Positions 1 to 10,890 of a stretch of DNA of 64,000 bases are shown in pieces. Both the position numbers and the translations under genes were made by a program. Source of the DNA: an uncultured Rhizobium sp. (GTDB lineage Bacteria > Pseudomonadota > Alphaproteobacteria > Rickettsiales > UBA1997); NCBI GenBank assembly GCA_964461905.1, contig CAYWVI010000001.1, forward strand, positions 8,783-72,782. Reading direction: 5' to 3'. The notes under the pieces are model-generated. The model did not search any database, had not been told where the DNA came from, and saw nothing but the letters and a program-made list of their open reading frames with translations. Numbering within the stretch: the stretch's first letter is position 1; the number at the start of each line of letters is the position of its first letter.

Positions 1-603
1 ACTCAAATTGGCGAGAAAAAAATTGATCGCACAAAAATTGATTTTTCAGAAATTGATAAAAATGATTTTTTCTGCCCAGATAAAATTGCCGCTCAAAACT
101 TTGAAGATTATTTATTAGATTTAAGAAAGTCTGGAGACTCTGTTGGCGCGATTGTTGAAGTTGTTGCAAAAAATGTTCCCACTGGATTGGGAGAGCCAAT
201 TTACAATAAACTCGATGCAAAAATTGCCTCAGCAATGATGTCAATTAATGCTGTAAAAGGCGTTGAAATTGGCGATGGAATGGAAGCTGGAAGCAAAAAA
301 GGTTCTGAACTTGCCGATGAAATGTGGATGGAAAATGGAAAGTTAAATTTTTCCTCCAACCATTCTGGCGGATCTCTTGGTGGAATTTCTTCAGGGCAAG
401 ATATTGTTGTGCGTTTTGCTGTAAAACCAACTAGCTCAATTTTAATTCCAAGAAAAACTGTCGATATTCACGGCAATAATTGCGAAATCATCACCAAAGG
501 TCGTCATGATCCATGCGTTGGAATTCGCGCTGTTCCAGTTGGCGAAGCAATGCTTGCCTGCGTTTTAGCTGACTTTTTATTATTACAAAAATCTCGCTCT
601 TAA
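1..603 (+). CDS. aroC: chorismate synthase, C-terminal part (5' end lies outside the window)
   Basis: Frame 1 is open from nt 1. Translation carries chorismate-synthase signatures ([37 protein letters not shown]). Confidence 0.9.
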   Translation, partial: TQIGEKKIDRTKIDFSEIDKNDFFCPDKIAAQNFEDYLLDLRKSGDSVGAIVEVVAKNVPTGLGEPIYNKLDAKIASAMMSINAVKGVEIGDGMEAGSKKGSELADEMWMENGKLNFSSNHSGGSLGGISSGQDIVVRFAVKPTSSILIPRKTVDIHGNNCEIITKGRHDPCVGIRAVPVGEAMLACVLADFLLLQKSRS

Positions 604-1874
604 TGAAAAAAATATTAGTAATCGGCTCTGGAGGTCGTGAACACGCAATTTGTGAACAGTTTAAAAAATCACCAAAATTAGAAAAACTTTTTGCACTTCA
701 AGGAAATGCAGGAATTTCTGAAATTGCCGAAATTGTTTCTGATATAAAAATTGATGAACATCAAAAAATAATTGATTTTTGCCAAAAAGAAAAAATCGAT
801 TTTGTTTTTGTTGGGCCAGAACAGCCTTTAGTTGCTGGTCTTGTTGATGATTTGCAAAAAGCTGGAATTCGTGCTTTTGGGCCTTCAAAAAAAGCTGCAC
901 AACTTGAAGGATCAAAAATTTTCATGAAAAAAATTGCTGTTGAAAATTCAGTTCCAACCGCTGCTTATCAAGTTTTTACAGAAAAAAATTCTGCCGTAGA
1001 ATTTGCTAAAAAAATTGGCTTCCCTTGCGTTATAAAAGCTGACGGACTTGCTGCTGGAAAAGGTGTGGTTATTGCTCAAAATCTAGACGAAGTTGAAAAA
1101 AACATTGCTGAATTTTTTCAAGGAAAATTTGGCGAAGCTGGGAAAAAAATTATCATCGAAGAATTTCTCGATGGCTTTGAAGTTAGCTATTTTGTGCTTT
1201 GCGATGGCAAAAATTTTGTACCACTTGGCTTTGCGCACGATCACAAAAAAGTTGGTGAAAATGAAACTGGCTTAAACACTGGCGGAATGGGAACATTTGC
1301 ACCCTCGCCTTTGGTTAGCAAAAAAATGGAAGAAGAAATTATTGAGCGCGTAATCAAACCAACTTTGCACGGACTTGAAAAGGAAGGCTGCCCATTTACT
1401 GGAATTTTATTTGCTGGCTTAATGATTGGTTCAAAAGGTATTAAGCTTTTAGAATTTAACGCCCGCTTTGGCGACCCAGAAACTCAAGTTATTTTACCAA
1501 GAATTAAAACTGATTTTATTGATTTAATTGAAAACGCAATTGACGGAAATTTAGATAAAATTACCCCGCAATTTGACGAAACAAAAAAGCTAGTTTGCGT
1601 TGTAATGTGCGCCAAAGGCTATCCTGAAGATTATCAAAAAGGCACTGAAATCAATAATTTAGAAGCGGCTAAAAAAGTTTTAGGAGTTAAAATTCTTCAC
1701 GCTGGAACTGTTGAAAAAAACGGAAAAATTTTAGCCAATGGCGGCAGAGTTTTAAATGTAGTTGCAACCGCCAACTCTTTTGAAGAAGCAAGAACAATAG
1801 CTTACAAAGCTGTTGATTTGATTGATTGGAAAGAGGGATTTTGTCGTCGAGATATTGGCAAAAAAGCTAACTAA
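603..1874 (+). CDS. purD: phosphoribosylamine--glycine ligase
   Basis: 423 aa with N-terminus KILVIGSGGREHAI and an ATP-grasp core typical of PurD. TAATG overlap with the aroC stop. Confidence 0.93.
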   Translation: MKKILVIGSGGREHAICEQFKKSPKLEKLFALQGNAGISEIAEIVSDIKIDEHQKIIDFCQKEKIDFVFVGPEQPLVAGLVDDLQKAGIRAFGPSKKAAQLEGSKIFMKKIAVENSVPTAAYQVFTEKNSAVEFAKKIGFPCVIKADGLAAGKGVVIAQNLDEVEKNIAEFFQGKFGEAGKKIIIEEFLDGFEVSYFVLCDGKNFVPLGFAHDHKKVGENETGLNTGGMGTFAPSPLVSKKMEEEIIERVIKPTLHGLEKEGCPFTGILFAGLMIGSKGIKLLEFNARFGDPETQVILPRIKTDFIDLIENAIDGNLDKITPQFDETKKLVCVVMCAKGYPEDYQKGTEINNLEAAKKVLGVKILHAGTVEKNGKILANGGRVLNVVATANSFEEARTIAYKAVDLIDWKEGFCRRDIGKKAN

Positions 1875-1881
1875 GCTCGGC

Positions 1882-2862
1882 TTAATTTACTGCCAATCTT
1901 TTATTTCGTTCAGCTCTCATTTTAGCAAAATCATCGCCAGCGTGGTAAGAAGAGCGAGTTAACGGGCTTGAAGAAACCATTAAAAACCCTTTGCTGTACG
2001 CCATTTTTTTATAAAACTCGAATTCGTCTGGATGAACGTAGCGATCAACTGGCGCATGACGCAAAGTTGGGCGCAAATATTGCCCGATTGTTAAGAAATC
2101 GATGTCAGCGCAACGCATATCATCCATTACTTGCAAAACCTGCTCTTTGGTTTCGCCAAGACCAACCATTAATCCTGATTTAGTAAATAGTGACGGATCA
2201 ATTTCTTTTACGCGTTTTAAAAGCCACAAAGAGTGAAAATAGCGCGCTCCTGGACGGATTGTGCCGTAAAGACCGGGAACGGTTTCAATATTGTGGTTAA
2301 AAACGTCAGGCTTTGCAGCAACAACTTTTTCTAACGCGCCATTTTTACGCAAAAAATCTGGAGTTAAAATTTCAACCGTAGTTCCGGGAGATTTTTTTCG
2401 AACATTTTCAATGCATTTAACAAATTGATCTGCGCCGCCATCAGCTAAATCGTCGCGATCAACTGAAGTAATAACGATGTGTTTTAAACCAGAAACTTTA
2501 GCAACATCGCCAACATTTTCTGGCTCGTGAGGATTTACAACGTCAGGTTTTCCTGTTTCAATATTGCAAAAAGAACAAGCTCTAGTACATACAGAACCAA
2601 GAATCATTACAGTTGCATGTTTTTGCGCCCAACATTCACCAATATTTGGGCAAGCCGCTTCTTCGCAAACTGTATGTAACTTTTTTTCGTTAAGAAGTTC
2701 TTTGGTTTCGTAATATCCCTTTGACTGCGGAGCTTTAACACGAATCCAATCTGGTTTTCTTTCCATTTTTTCTTTAGGAAAGTTTTCAGCAAAACCCATC
2801 AAATCTTTGTTATCACGTTTAGCAATTTGCCCTGAATCTCGTTTTTCTTCTCTGGTTTGCAT
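1882..2862 (-). CDS. lipA: lipoyl synthase
   Basis: Radical-SAM CxxxCxxC motif (CTRACSFC) plus the auxiliary-cluster motif [12 protein letters not shown]. Confidence 0.93.
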   Translation of the reverse strand: MQTREEKRDSGQIAKRDNKDLMGFAENFPKEKMERKPDWIRVKAPQSKGYYETKELLNEKKLHTVCEEAACPNIGECWAQKHATVMILGSVCTRACSFCNIETGKPDVVNPHEPENVGDVAKVSGLKHIVITSVDRDDLADGGADQFVKCIENVRKKSPGTTVEILTPDFLRKNGALEKVVAAKPDVFNHNIETVPGLYGTIRPGARYFHSLWLLKRVKEIDPSLFTKSGLMVGLGETKEQVLQVMDDMRCADIDFLTIGQYLRPTLRHAPVDRYVHPDEFEFYKKMAYSKGFLMVSSSPLTRSSYHAGDDFAKMRAERNKRLAVN

Positions 2863-3521
2863 TATTTAATTTCTCCCGTCACAACAAAATTAGCAATTTC
2901 AGCGATGTTAGTTGAATGATCAGCCAAACGCTCAAAGCTTTTTGCGATGAATAAAGTGTTAGTTAATTTTTTTACTTGATCTTTGCTGAAATTTTCATGC
3001 TCCATTATTATAAACAAGTCGCTGTAGGTCTGATCAATTGTATCATCTTGTTTTAATACTGATTCAGCCAGAACAATATTTTGATCGTTAAATGACGAAA
3101 CAGCTTCTAAAACCATTTTTTTACAAGTTTCGATCATTGAAATTAAAGACTCTTCAACTCCGCTTTCAAATTTTTCCGATCCAATTAATGCAATTTTTTT
3201 AATGATACTTTTTGCCTGATCTCCACTGCGTTCAAGATTTGAAGAAACTTTTAGTGAAGAAATAATGTATCGCAAATCAACAGCCATCGGTTGGCGCAAT
3301 GCCAACATTGCAGTAACTTTTTTTTCTATTAAGTGATCAAGAGTATTTACTTTGTAGTCATGATCTGTGATTCTTTCTATAAAAGAAACATCACGAGATT
3401 TGATCATTTGAGACACCATATCAATTGACTGTATAACTAAACCCACCATTTCATCTAGCGTTTCAGCAATAGCATGCAAATCTTTATCGTAAGATTTTAC
3501 CGTATGTTCTTTGAGAGTCAT
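2862..3521 (-). CDS. phoU: phosphate signalling complex protein PhoU
   Basis: 219-aa helical protein with the size and duplicated-repeat pattern of the PhoU family. Similarity recognised by eye. Confidence 0.75.
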   Translation of the reverse strand: MTLKEHTVKSYDKDLHAIAETLDEMVGLVIQSIDMVSQMIKSRDVSFIERITDHDYKVNTLDHLIEKKVTAMLALRQPMAVDLRYIISSLKVSSNLERSGDQAKSIIKKIALIGSEKFESGVEESLISMIETCKKMVLEAVSSFNDQNIVLAESVLKQDDTIDQTYSDLFIIMEHENFSKDQVKKLTNTLFIAKSFERLADHSTNIAEIANFVVTGEIK

Positions 3522-3600
3522 TTTTCAGATATGAAAAAAGTTAATGAAGAAAGATTGAGATCGATTAAATTTTTTACTAAGCAAAATTCAATAGCTAAAT

Positions 3601-4653
3601 TTAACTATCTAGCTCCCAACGCGCACGTGGTTTAAAATTTAATTCATCAGAAATTCCTAAACGCATTTTTTCTACACCATTCCACGCAACCATCACAGCA
3701 TTGTCGGTGCATAATTTAATTGGCGGAGCGATCACTTCTAAATCATGTTTTTTTGCCCAATTTTGCAATTCCAAAAAAATATAACGATTAGCGGCAACTC
3801 CACCAGCAATAACTAATTTCTTAAAGTTAAGCTGACTTCTATCAATATTTTCTAAGCGATTTATAATGATTTCGCACGCAGTTCTTTGAAAGGATGCGCA
3901 GATATCTTGTTTATCACGCTCACTTAGTTTTTGCGGAGTTGTTAAATGAGAAAAAGTCTCACCAGTTAATTTTTCAATCTCCCTTCTTACAGCTGTTTTC
4001 AAACCAGAAAATGAAAAATCACAGAGATGATCTTTTTTTATATATCCATCAATTAAAGGACGAGAAAATTTAAAACGTTTATTATCACCTTGTAATGCCA
4101 TTTTTTCAACTGCTGGCCCTCCCGGATAAGGCAATCCTAACATTTGCGCAACTTTATCAAAAGCTTCGCCCAAAGCATCATCAATTGTTTCACCAAGTTT
4201 TGTGTATTTACCAACTTTATGAGCGATCAAAATTTGGCAATGTCCACCAGAAATCAGCAATAATAAATAAGGAAATTCAATATCAGAAGTAAGTCGTGCT
4301 GTTAAGGCATGAGCTTCTAAATGATTAATTGCAATAAAAGGTTTTTGAAAAACTGAAGCTAAAGTTTTTGCCGCCATCATGCCAACAATCACACCTCCAA
4401 TTAAACCCGGACCAGAAGTTGCAGCGAATGCATCAATATCTTTAAAATCGAGTTTAGCTTCTTTTAAGGCGTGTAAAATTAATCCATCCAAAACTTCAAT
4501 GTGTGAACGAGCTGCTACTTCTGGCACAACTCCGCCAAATTTTTGATGAAGAGCAATTTGTGAATTTAGCGCGTGCGACAAAACATTTTTATGCTCATCA
4601 ACAATAGCAACGGCAGTTTCATCGCATGAAGTTTCAATTCCCAGAACTATCAA
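3601..4653 (-). CDS. tsaD: tRNA N6-adenosine threonylcarbamoyltransferase
   Basis: N-terminus LGIETSCDETAVAIV, plus the HLEAH and GGVAAN motifs of the Kae1/TsaD family. Confidence 0.92.
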   Translation of the reverse strand: MIVLGIETSCDETAVAIVDEHKNVLSHALNSQIALHQKFGGVVPEVAARSHIEVLDGLILHALKEAKLDFKDIDAFAATSGPGLIGGVIVGMMAAKTLASVFQKPFIAINHLEAHALTARLTSDIEFPYLLLLISGGHCQILIAHKVGKYTKLGETIDDALGEAFDKVAQMLGLPYPGGPAVEKMALQGDNKRFKFSRPLIDGYIKKDHLCDFSFSGLKTAVRREIEKLTGETFSHLTTPQKLSERDKQDICASFQRTACEIIINRLENIDRSQLNFKKLVIAGGVAANRYIFLELQNWAKKHDLEVIAPPIKLCTDNAVMVAWNGVEKMRLGISDELNFKPRARWELDS

Positions 4654-4655
4654 AA

Positions 4656-7142
4656 TTAATCTTTTTTTGATTTTTTAGAAAAACGACCTTTTCTGCCTCC
4701 ACCAGCAGCCTTTTTTGCCATATCTGTTGCAATCAGATCAACTGCACGATTTAAACCAACCTCTAAAACACTGTCTTCTTTTAAAGAGGTATATTTTTTG
4801 TCATGCAATAAATAAGGGCCGAATGGACCAATATTTGCTACAATTTTTAAACCTGTTTCTGGGTGAATTCCAACTTCACGAGGTAAAGACAAAAGGTCTG
4901 CCGCGTCTTTTAAAGTGATCAAATTTGGATCGAGATTTTTTGGAATTGAAATCCGTTTTGGCTTTTTGGCTTTTGGTTTTTTAGCGGCTTTAGTTGTGGT
5001 TTTTTTAGATGTTTTTTTCTTTGATTTAGATTCCTTTTCTTCAGCCTTTTCTTCAACATCCACAACCAAATCACTTCCAATAAGTTCAAGATACGGGCCG
5101 TAAGGTCCAATTTTAACCATTACTTCAAAACCAGTTTTAGCATCAATGCCTAAACTTCTTGGTTCAAATTGAGGCTTTTTTTCACCTTCTTCATCGATAT
5201 CGTTTCCATCTTTTTCAAAAAGCTGCATCGTGTGCTTACATTCTGGATAATTTGAACATCCAACAAAAGCTCCAAATTTACCAAGCCTTAAGCTTAATTT
5301 ACCATTTTTACAAGTTGGGCAAGAATCTTTTAAATTACCCATCTCATCAACACCAAAAATATGTAAACCAACCTTTTTATTTAAAACTTCCAAAACATCG
5401 GCAAATGGTTTTTCGCTAACTTCAGAAGTTGATTTGCTAAAATCTTTCCAGAATTTCTTAAGGAATGATTTCCAATCCATCTTACCATTTGAAATAATAT
5501 CTAGCTCATCTTCCAAATCTGCGGTGTAATCATATTCAACATATTTAGCGAAAAATTCTTTCAAGAAAGTTGTTACAATTCTGCCGCGCTCTTCTGGCGT
5601 GAATCTCTTTTTATCAAGCTTAACATAACCACGATCTTGCAAAACAGAAATAATTGCTGCGTAAGTTGAAGGACGACCAATTCCCAACTCTTCCATTTTT
5701 TTAACCAAACTAGCTTCAGAATATCTTGGCGGTGGTTCAGTAAAATGTTGTTGCGGCTTAACATCAATTAAACCAACCGATTCTTTTTCTTTTAGCTCTG
5801 GCAAATTTTGTTTAGATTCATCTTCGTCAGATTCATTATCATCACGATCTTCGCGATAAACTTTATAAAAACCGTCAAATTTAATTGTAGAACCAGTTGC
5901 CTTTGCTTTTGCATAACTTGGAATTGTTGTAATTTCTGCCACAACTTGATCAAAAATAACATCAGCCATTTGTGAAGCTAAAGTTCTTTTCCAAACTAAA
6001 TCATAAAGAGCAAACTGACCATCATCTAAATATTGTTTTACCTTATCTGGCGAAAGAGAAAAATCAGTTGGACGAATTGCCTCGTGAGCTTCTTGAGCAT
6101 TTTTTGCTTTGCTTTTAAAGACATTTGGTGAATCAGGCAAATAATCTTTACCATAAAGAGAATTGATCTTTTCACGTACAGCTTTGATTGCTTCTGGGCT
6201 TAATGAAATTGAATCTGTTCTCATGTAAGTAATCAAACCTTGAGCAGCTCCATTAATTTCAACACCTTCGTAAAGACGTTGAGCTGTTGACATCGTACGA
6301 CTAACTGAAAAACCAAGTTTACGAGCAGCTTCTTGTTGTAAAGAAGAAGTTATAAATGGCGGATTTGAACGACGTTTTGCTTGTTTTTTTGTAACTGAAA
6401 GAACTTGATATTTTTTATCTTCTAAAAGCTTTTTTATATTTCCTGATTGGCTTTCTGTAACAATTGAAAACTTCTCTAACTTTTTACCTTCAATTTCAAA
6501 AACACTCGCTTGAAACTGAACATTTTTATCATTTTTTAGATCAAGTTTAATATCCCAATATTCTTCACTTTTAAAGGCATCAATTTCATCTTCACGATCA
6601 CAAATCAGACGCAACGCAACTGATTGAACGCGTCCTGCCGATCTACTTCCCGGTAGTTTACGCCATAAAACTGGCGATAAAGTAAAGCCAACCAAATAAT
6701 CTAAAGCACGACGAGCCTGTTGAGCATTAACCAAATCCATATCAATATCACGCGGGCTTTTGATTGCTTCAACAATTGAATTTTTTGTGATTGCGTTAAA
6801 TACAACACGCTCAACTTTTGTTGCAGATTTAACGGCTTTTTTTGCTTTTAAAACTTCTAAAATATGCCATGCAATTGATTCACCTTCGCGATCTGGATCG
6901 GGAGCAAGAATAAGTTTGTTGCAGGTTTTTGCAGCATCGACAATTTCTTTTACATGCTTGGTTGATTTTGATGAGACTTCGTAACTCATTGCAAAATCAT
7001 TATTTGGATCAACAGAACCATTTTTGCTTGGCAAATCACGAACATGCCCAAATGAAGCTAAAACTTTATAGTCTGAACCTAAATATTTACCAATCGTTTT
7101 TGCCTTTGCTGGAGATTCAACAATTAAAAGATTTTTACTCAC
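4656..7142 (-). CDS. topA: DNA topoisomerase I
   Basis: Toprim N-terminus LLIVESPAKAKTIGKYLG, active-site region GLITYMRTDS and a C4 zinc ribbon (CPTCKNGK...CSNYPEC). Has a Lys-rich insertion and tail. Confidence 0.93.
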   Translation of the reverse strand: MSKNLLIVESPAKAKTIGKYLGSDYKVLASFGHVRDLPSKNGSVDPNNDFAMSYEVSSKSTKHVKEIVDAAKTCNKLILAPDPDREGESIAWHILEVLKAKKAVKSATKVERVVFNAITKNSIVEAIKSPRDIDMDLVNAQQARRALDYLVGFTLSPVLWRKLPGSRSAGRVQSVALRLICDREDEIDAFKSEEYWDIKLDLKNDKNVQFQASVFEIEGKKLEKFSIVTESQSGNIKKLLEDKKYQVLSVTKKQAKRRSNPPFITSSLQQEAARKLGFSVSRTMSTAQRLYEGVEINGAAQGLITYMRTDSISLSPEAIKAVREKINSLYGKDYLPDSPNVFKSKAKNAQEAHEAIRPTDFSLSPDKVKQYLDDGQFALYDLVWKRTLASQMADVIFDQVVAEITTIPSYAKAKATGSTIKFDGFYKVYREDRDDNESDEDESKQNLPELKEKESVGLIDVKPQQHFTEPPPRYSEASLVKKMEELGIGRPSTYAAIISVLQDRGYVKLDKKRFTPEERGRIVTTFLKEFFAKYVEYDYTADLEDELDIISNGKMDWKSFLKKFWKDFSKSTSEVSEKPFADVLEVLNKKVGLHIFGVDEMGNLKDSCPTCKNGKLSLRLGKFGAFVGCSNYPECKHTMQLFEKDGNDIDEEGEKKPQFEPRSLGIDAKTGFEVMVKIGPYGPYLELIGSDLVVDVEEKAEEKESKSKKKTSKKTTTKAAKKPKAKKPKRISIPKNLDPNLITLKDAADLLSLPREVGIHPETGLKIVANIGPFGPYLLHDKKYTSLKEDSVLEVGLNRAVDLIATDMAKKAAGGGRKGRFSKKSKKD

Positions 7143-7241
7143 AGTTTTTTTATTTTGAGGTTAGTAAGCCACAAATTTCTACTTCATAAATTGAAGTTTA
7201 TTTTTTGTTCTTACCTTAAACACCGCACTACAGAACGAATA

Positions 7242-7460
7242 TCAAACATTTCTACGAACAATACGACCTTTGGTTAGATCGTAAGTAGTCATTTCAATCT
7301 CAACTTTATCGCCTTTTAGAATACGAATTTTATTTTTTCTGATTTTGCCCGAAGCGTGAGCAATAATTACGTGCTTATTTTCTAGTTCTACACGAAAAAT
7401 TGTGTTAGGCAAAACCTCAACCACAATTCCATTCATCGTTAAAAGATCTTCTTTAGACAT
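7242..7460 (-). CDS. infA: translation initiation factor IF-1
   Basis: 72 aa with a near-canonical IF-1 S1-fold sequence ([33 protein letters not shown]). Confidence 0.95.
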   Translation of the reverse strand: MSKEDLLTMNGIVVEVLPNTIFRVELENKHVIIAHASGKIRKNKIRILKGDKVEIEMTTYDLTKGRIVRRNV

Positions 7461-7570
7461 TTTTGATTTGATTTTGTTTAAAATTATGAGCTCAAGATAA
7501 GAAAGCTGGCGGAACCTAAGTTGCTAAAAAGTAAAATTCAAGAAATTGCCCTTAAAAAAGATTACCTAAC

Positions 7571-10500
7571 CTAAAATCTATGCGTAAATTTAGCTATTCC
7601 AGAGTGAGCTATGTAATTTTGCATTATATCCAAAACATAGTCTAAGCTGAACATATTAGTTTCATTTTTATTGTAATCTACACCGAGTCCAAATCTTATG
7701 GCATATGATCCGTCTTTGTCTGAAAGAGTTGTAAATGACTCTCTTTGACCAATAAAATTTGCCGTAGTTTTTTGCGTTCTATTTAAAAAGTTATAACCGT
7801 AAGAGTTATGAAATCTGTATTTTAGATCATTTGGTTTTTTATAAGAATCATTACGATTTATATTATATCCGATTCTACCTTCTAGGTAGTTATCAGCATT
7901 TCTTCTTACTTCTAAACCAACTGTTCCCGCATCTTTTTCGTGATAAGAATCTGTAGTTCTTTTAACAAAAGTTACAGATATTTCAGGAATAAAATCTAAT
8001 TCTGAGTCTCCTACATTATTATAAACAATACCGCTTCTTAATCTAGCTATGTAGTTAATTCCTGCATATTTTGCATTAGCGGTTTCGCTAACTGAAGGAA
8101 TAATTCTTGAAGATTTATATTTATTCCAAGCAATTCCAGCAACAGCATCCCAAAATATTTTATTATTATAAAATTTTCCGCCGTAAATATTGGCTTGGTA
8201 AGTATCAACATTTACATATCTTAAATTGTTAGAAAATGAAATGCGCGAATTGGAATAACCAAGCGACGCTCCTATTAAAGTATTTTTATTAATTTTTTTA
8301 TCTTTTCCAAAAACAAAACCATCAGCTTTAGAACTATAGCTTAAATCACTTTGTGAGCCATATCTTCTAGCACTAGATCCAAAAATCTCTCCCCAAACTG
8401 CATATTTTTTTTCTTCAACGGATTTTTTATTTTCTTTTAAAGCTAGTTTTTCTTTTTCTCTTAAAACTTTTTTCTCATGAACCTTTAATGTCAAAGCATC
8501 AACCTCTAAACATGAACAAGAATTTTCATCATATTGATCTATTATTCTGACTTTACTTTTGATATTTTTATTTTTTTCAGCCGCTACAGACAAACAAAAT
8601 CTTAAAGCTTCACCTTCATAGTCATGATCATCTTTATCATCATACTTAGAACCATCAATTCCAAGATTAACGAATGAATTAAAACGACTATTTGCTGCTT
8701 CAAGATTTTTATGAACAGGAACCATTACCGCTAATTCAATATCTGCATCATTTATTGGAGCAGCTGATCTTAAAGCTTTGGCAATTTCGAAATAGCTAGA
8801 TGATGTATCGATATATTTTTGAAATTTTTCTAAAGTACCATTAGAATCACCACCAACTTCATCAATATTTTCAAAAACCTTTTTTGCAGTTTCATCGTCT
8901 GTAATTTCATCAATTGATACCCTTTCGATATAAACCACTAAATCTTTATATTTTCCTGTGCTTTCAATATAATCACGAGCGGCAGAGTGAAAAGTAAGAA
9001 TACCAATTTTGTTATTACCAAGAGTACCATCGTTGATACTGATATTTGAATCTGCAACAGCCTTAACATCTGATTCCGAAGCATTAGTTGCTGTGTTTTT
9101 GTAATCACCATCAATTACTAAATAATCAACACCGCTTTGTAAGTAAGAATAATTATCAGCAATATTTATGTTTAATCTAACTCCACTTTCAATATTGGTT
9201 TTTCCTGCAAAATTTAGCCTTCCTAAAGCTCCACCATCAGTAAAAGTTGTAGAAATTATTGGGTGAAGACCAGTGCCAGCAAGTATTGAAAGATTTCCCA
9301 ATGCGTCGCTACCATTAGATCCAATTGCATAAGTTTTGGTGCCAATATTAATTCTAGCTTCAGATTTTTCAGTTTTTCTATCAGTTCTTGTATTTATCGA
9401 ACCAATCATGGCATCAGAAGCAAAATCATTATTAAAATTTAAAGTGCCTGCAAGGGTAATATCTCCTGTTACACTTCCGCCATTTAAGTTAATGGTTTGA
9501 GACTTGAGGCTCGTATTAATTTTTCCAACAATTGTTCCATAATTTGTAATCGTACTATTTTCACCTTGTGGTCTGATACTAGAAGCATTCTGACCCGGAT
9601 AGGCAGGATTAGTAACTGCCGTTCCATTCAAAACTTCATAATTGTTATTATCTTTACAGGTATCAGGAAGAGTATCATATGCAGAACATTCTGTAACCAT
9701 GTCAGAACCTGCTATTGGACTAGTTTCAATTCTAATATTACCATTAGATTCATTAGTAATATTAAGGGTTGTATTAAAATCAGAAATTATGTTACCAGCA
9801 CTGATCAAACCTCTATTAGTAATATTAACTTCTGACGTAATATATGCTTTATTTTTATCAAATGTTTCACTAAATACTTTCGCTCCAAACACCATTTGAC
9901 CATAAATCTTTCCCGTAGACTCATTGGTAATAGAAATGTTACTTTTTATTCTACTATTACCACTAGAGTAAAAAGAATTACTGTCAGTAACCCCCGGATT
10001 TGCTGTTAATCTTGGATTTGCAGCAATTATACCTTCATTTCGAACCCTTAAAGTAAGAGTTCCGATAACTCCCGCTTCAGCATTTTCATCAGCTTCATCT
10101 TTTGAGGCACCAGTAAAACTATTATAATTACCAGCACCACCACTACAATTAACTGTATTAGTATCACCCGAACTAACAGCGGGATCTTGATCAATACAAG
10201 CAGCATTGTCATATCTTATTGCAGATCTTGAACCTTGAATAATCCCATCTTTTCCCACGATAATATCGGTTCCACTGCTATCTGAATCTCTTAAAAATAT
10301 AGCAGTATCTGTGCTGTTAATAATACCTGATTTTACTTCTAAAGTTTTGAGATGACCACCAAGCTCTGCAACAATTGCACCTGTTCCTTTGTCTGCAATA
10401 GAAGTATTGATTCCCTCACCTTCATTTGCCTGTACAGTAATTACAGCACCAGAAACTCCATTTGGAATAGAAACCCCAATTGATGCTCTCGTAGTAATGC

Positions 10501-10738
10501 TTACTTGATTAGTAGTGGTGTTAAAGGGAATGGCACCATAAATTCCTGAAAAAATAAGATTTCCACCACGATTAATTAACAATGTTTGGTTGTCTGCCGT
10601 AAAAGTTCTTTTGCACGATGTTAAACCACCAGAACAATCTTCTTCTGAGTTAACTGCAGCAGGATCAGCGAAAGCATTTTGAGAAAATAAAAAGAAAAGC
10701 AATTGAACTGAAATTGCTTTTGAAACTCTTAACAACAT
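7571..10738 (-). CDS. autotransporter (type Va) outer-membrane protein with a large beta-helix-like passenger
   Basis: Signal peptide ending FSQNAFA-DP. The passenger is Asn/Gly/Thr/Ile-rich with recurrent ITNxGxI-type strands. A charged helical linker (KEKLALKENKK) precedes a roughly 280-aa C-terminal beta-barrel region of alternating aromatic strands ending in ...FTHRF. Confidence 0.75.
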   Translation of the reverse strand: MLLRVSKAISVQLLFFLFSQNAFADPAAVNSEEDCSGGLTSCKRTFTADNQTLLINRGGNLIFSGIYGAIPFNTTTNQVSITTRASIGVSIPNGVSGAVITVQANEGEGINTSIADKGTGAIVAELGGHLKTLEVKSGIINSTDTAIFLRDSDSSGTDIIVGKDGIIQGSRSAIRYDNAACIDQDPAVSSGDTNTVNCSGGAGNYNSFTGASKDEADENAEAGVIGTLTLRVRNEGIIAANPRLTANPGVTDSNSFYSSGNSRIKSNISITNESTGKIYGQMVFGAKVFSETFDKNKAYITSEVNITNRGLISAGNIISDFNTTLNITNESNGNIRIETSPIAGSDMVTECSAYDTLPDTCKDNNNYEVLNGTAVTNPAYPGQNASSIRPQGENSTITNYGTIVGKINTSLKSQTINLNGGSVTGDITLAGTLNFNNDFASDAMIGSINTRTDRKTEKSEARINIGTKTYAIGSNGSDALGNLSILAGTGLHPIISTTFTDGGALGRLNFAGKTNIESGVRLNINIADNYSYLQSGVDYLVIDGDYKNTATNASESDVKAVADSNISINDGTLGNNKIGILTFHSAARDYIESTGKYKDLVVYIERVSIDEITDDETAKKVFENIDEVGGDSNGTLEKFQKYIDTSSSYFEIAKALRSAAPINDADIELAVMVPVHKNLEAANSRFNSFVNLGIDGSKYDDKDDHDYEGEALRFCLSVAAEKNKNIKSKVRIIDQYDENSCSCLEVDALTLKVHEKKVLREKEKLALKENKKSVEEKKYAVWGEIFGSSARRYGSQSDLSYSSKADGFVFGKDKKINKNTLIGASLGYSNSRISFSNNLRYVNVDTYQANIYGGKFYNNKIFWDAVAGIAWNKYKSSRIIPSVSETANAKYAGINYIARLRSGIVYNNVGDSELDFIPEISVTFVKRTTDSYHEKDAGTVGLEVRRNADNYLEGRIGYNINRNDSYKKPNDLKYRFHNSYGYNFLNRTQKTTANFIGQRESFTTLSDKDGSYAIRFGLGVDYNKNETNMFSLDYVLDIMQNYIAHSGIAKFTHRF

Positions 10739-10890
10739 TTTGAAAGAAATTTGCAGAAAAATTTTTAAAACTAAAAAGGCTAATTTTTAAAAAGCGGGGC
10801 TTTCTATTAAGCAAACTCAATTATGCAAGATGTGTTTTACAATAGAGTACATACCAAAAATCATCAAAACTTAATTAAACAACATACTAA

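Noticed and set aside
9497-9899. Antisense ORFs (112 and 85 aa) inside the autotransporter gene
   Set aside because: They lie fully within a strongly supported gene on the opposite strand, have low-complexity Ile/Asn/Ser-rich translations, and show no start context.
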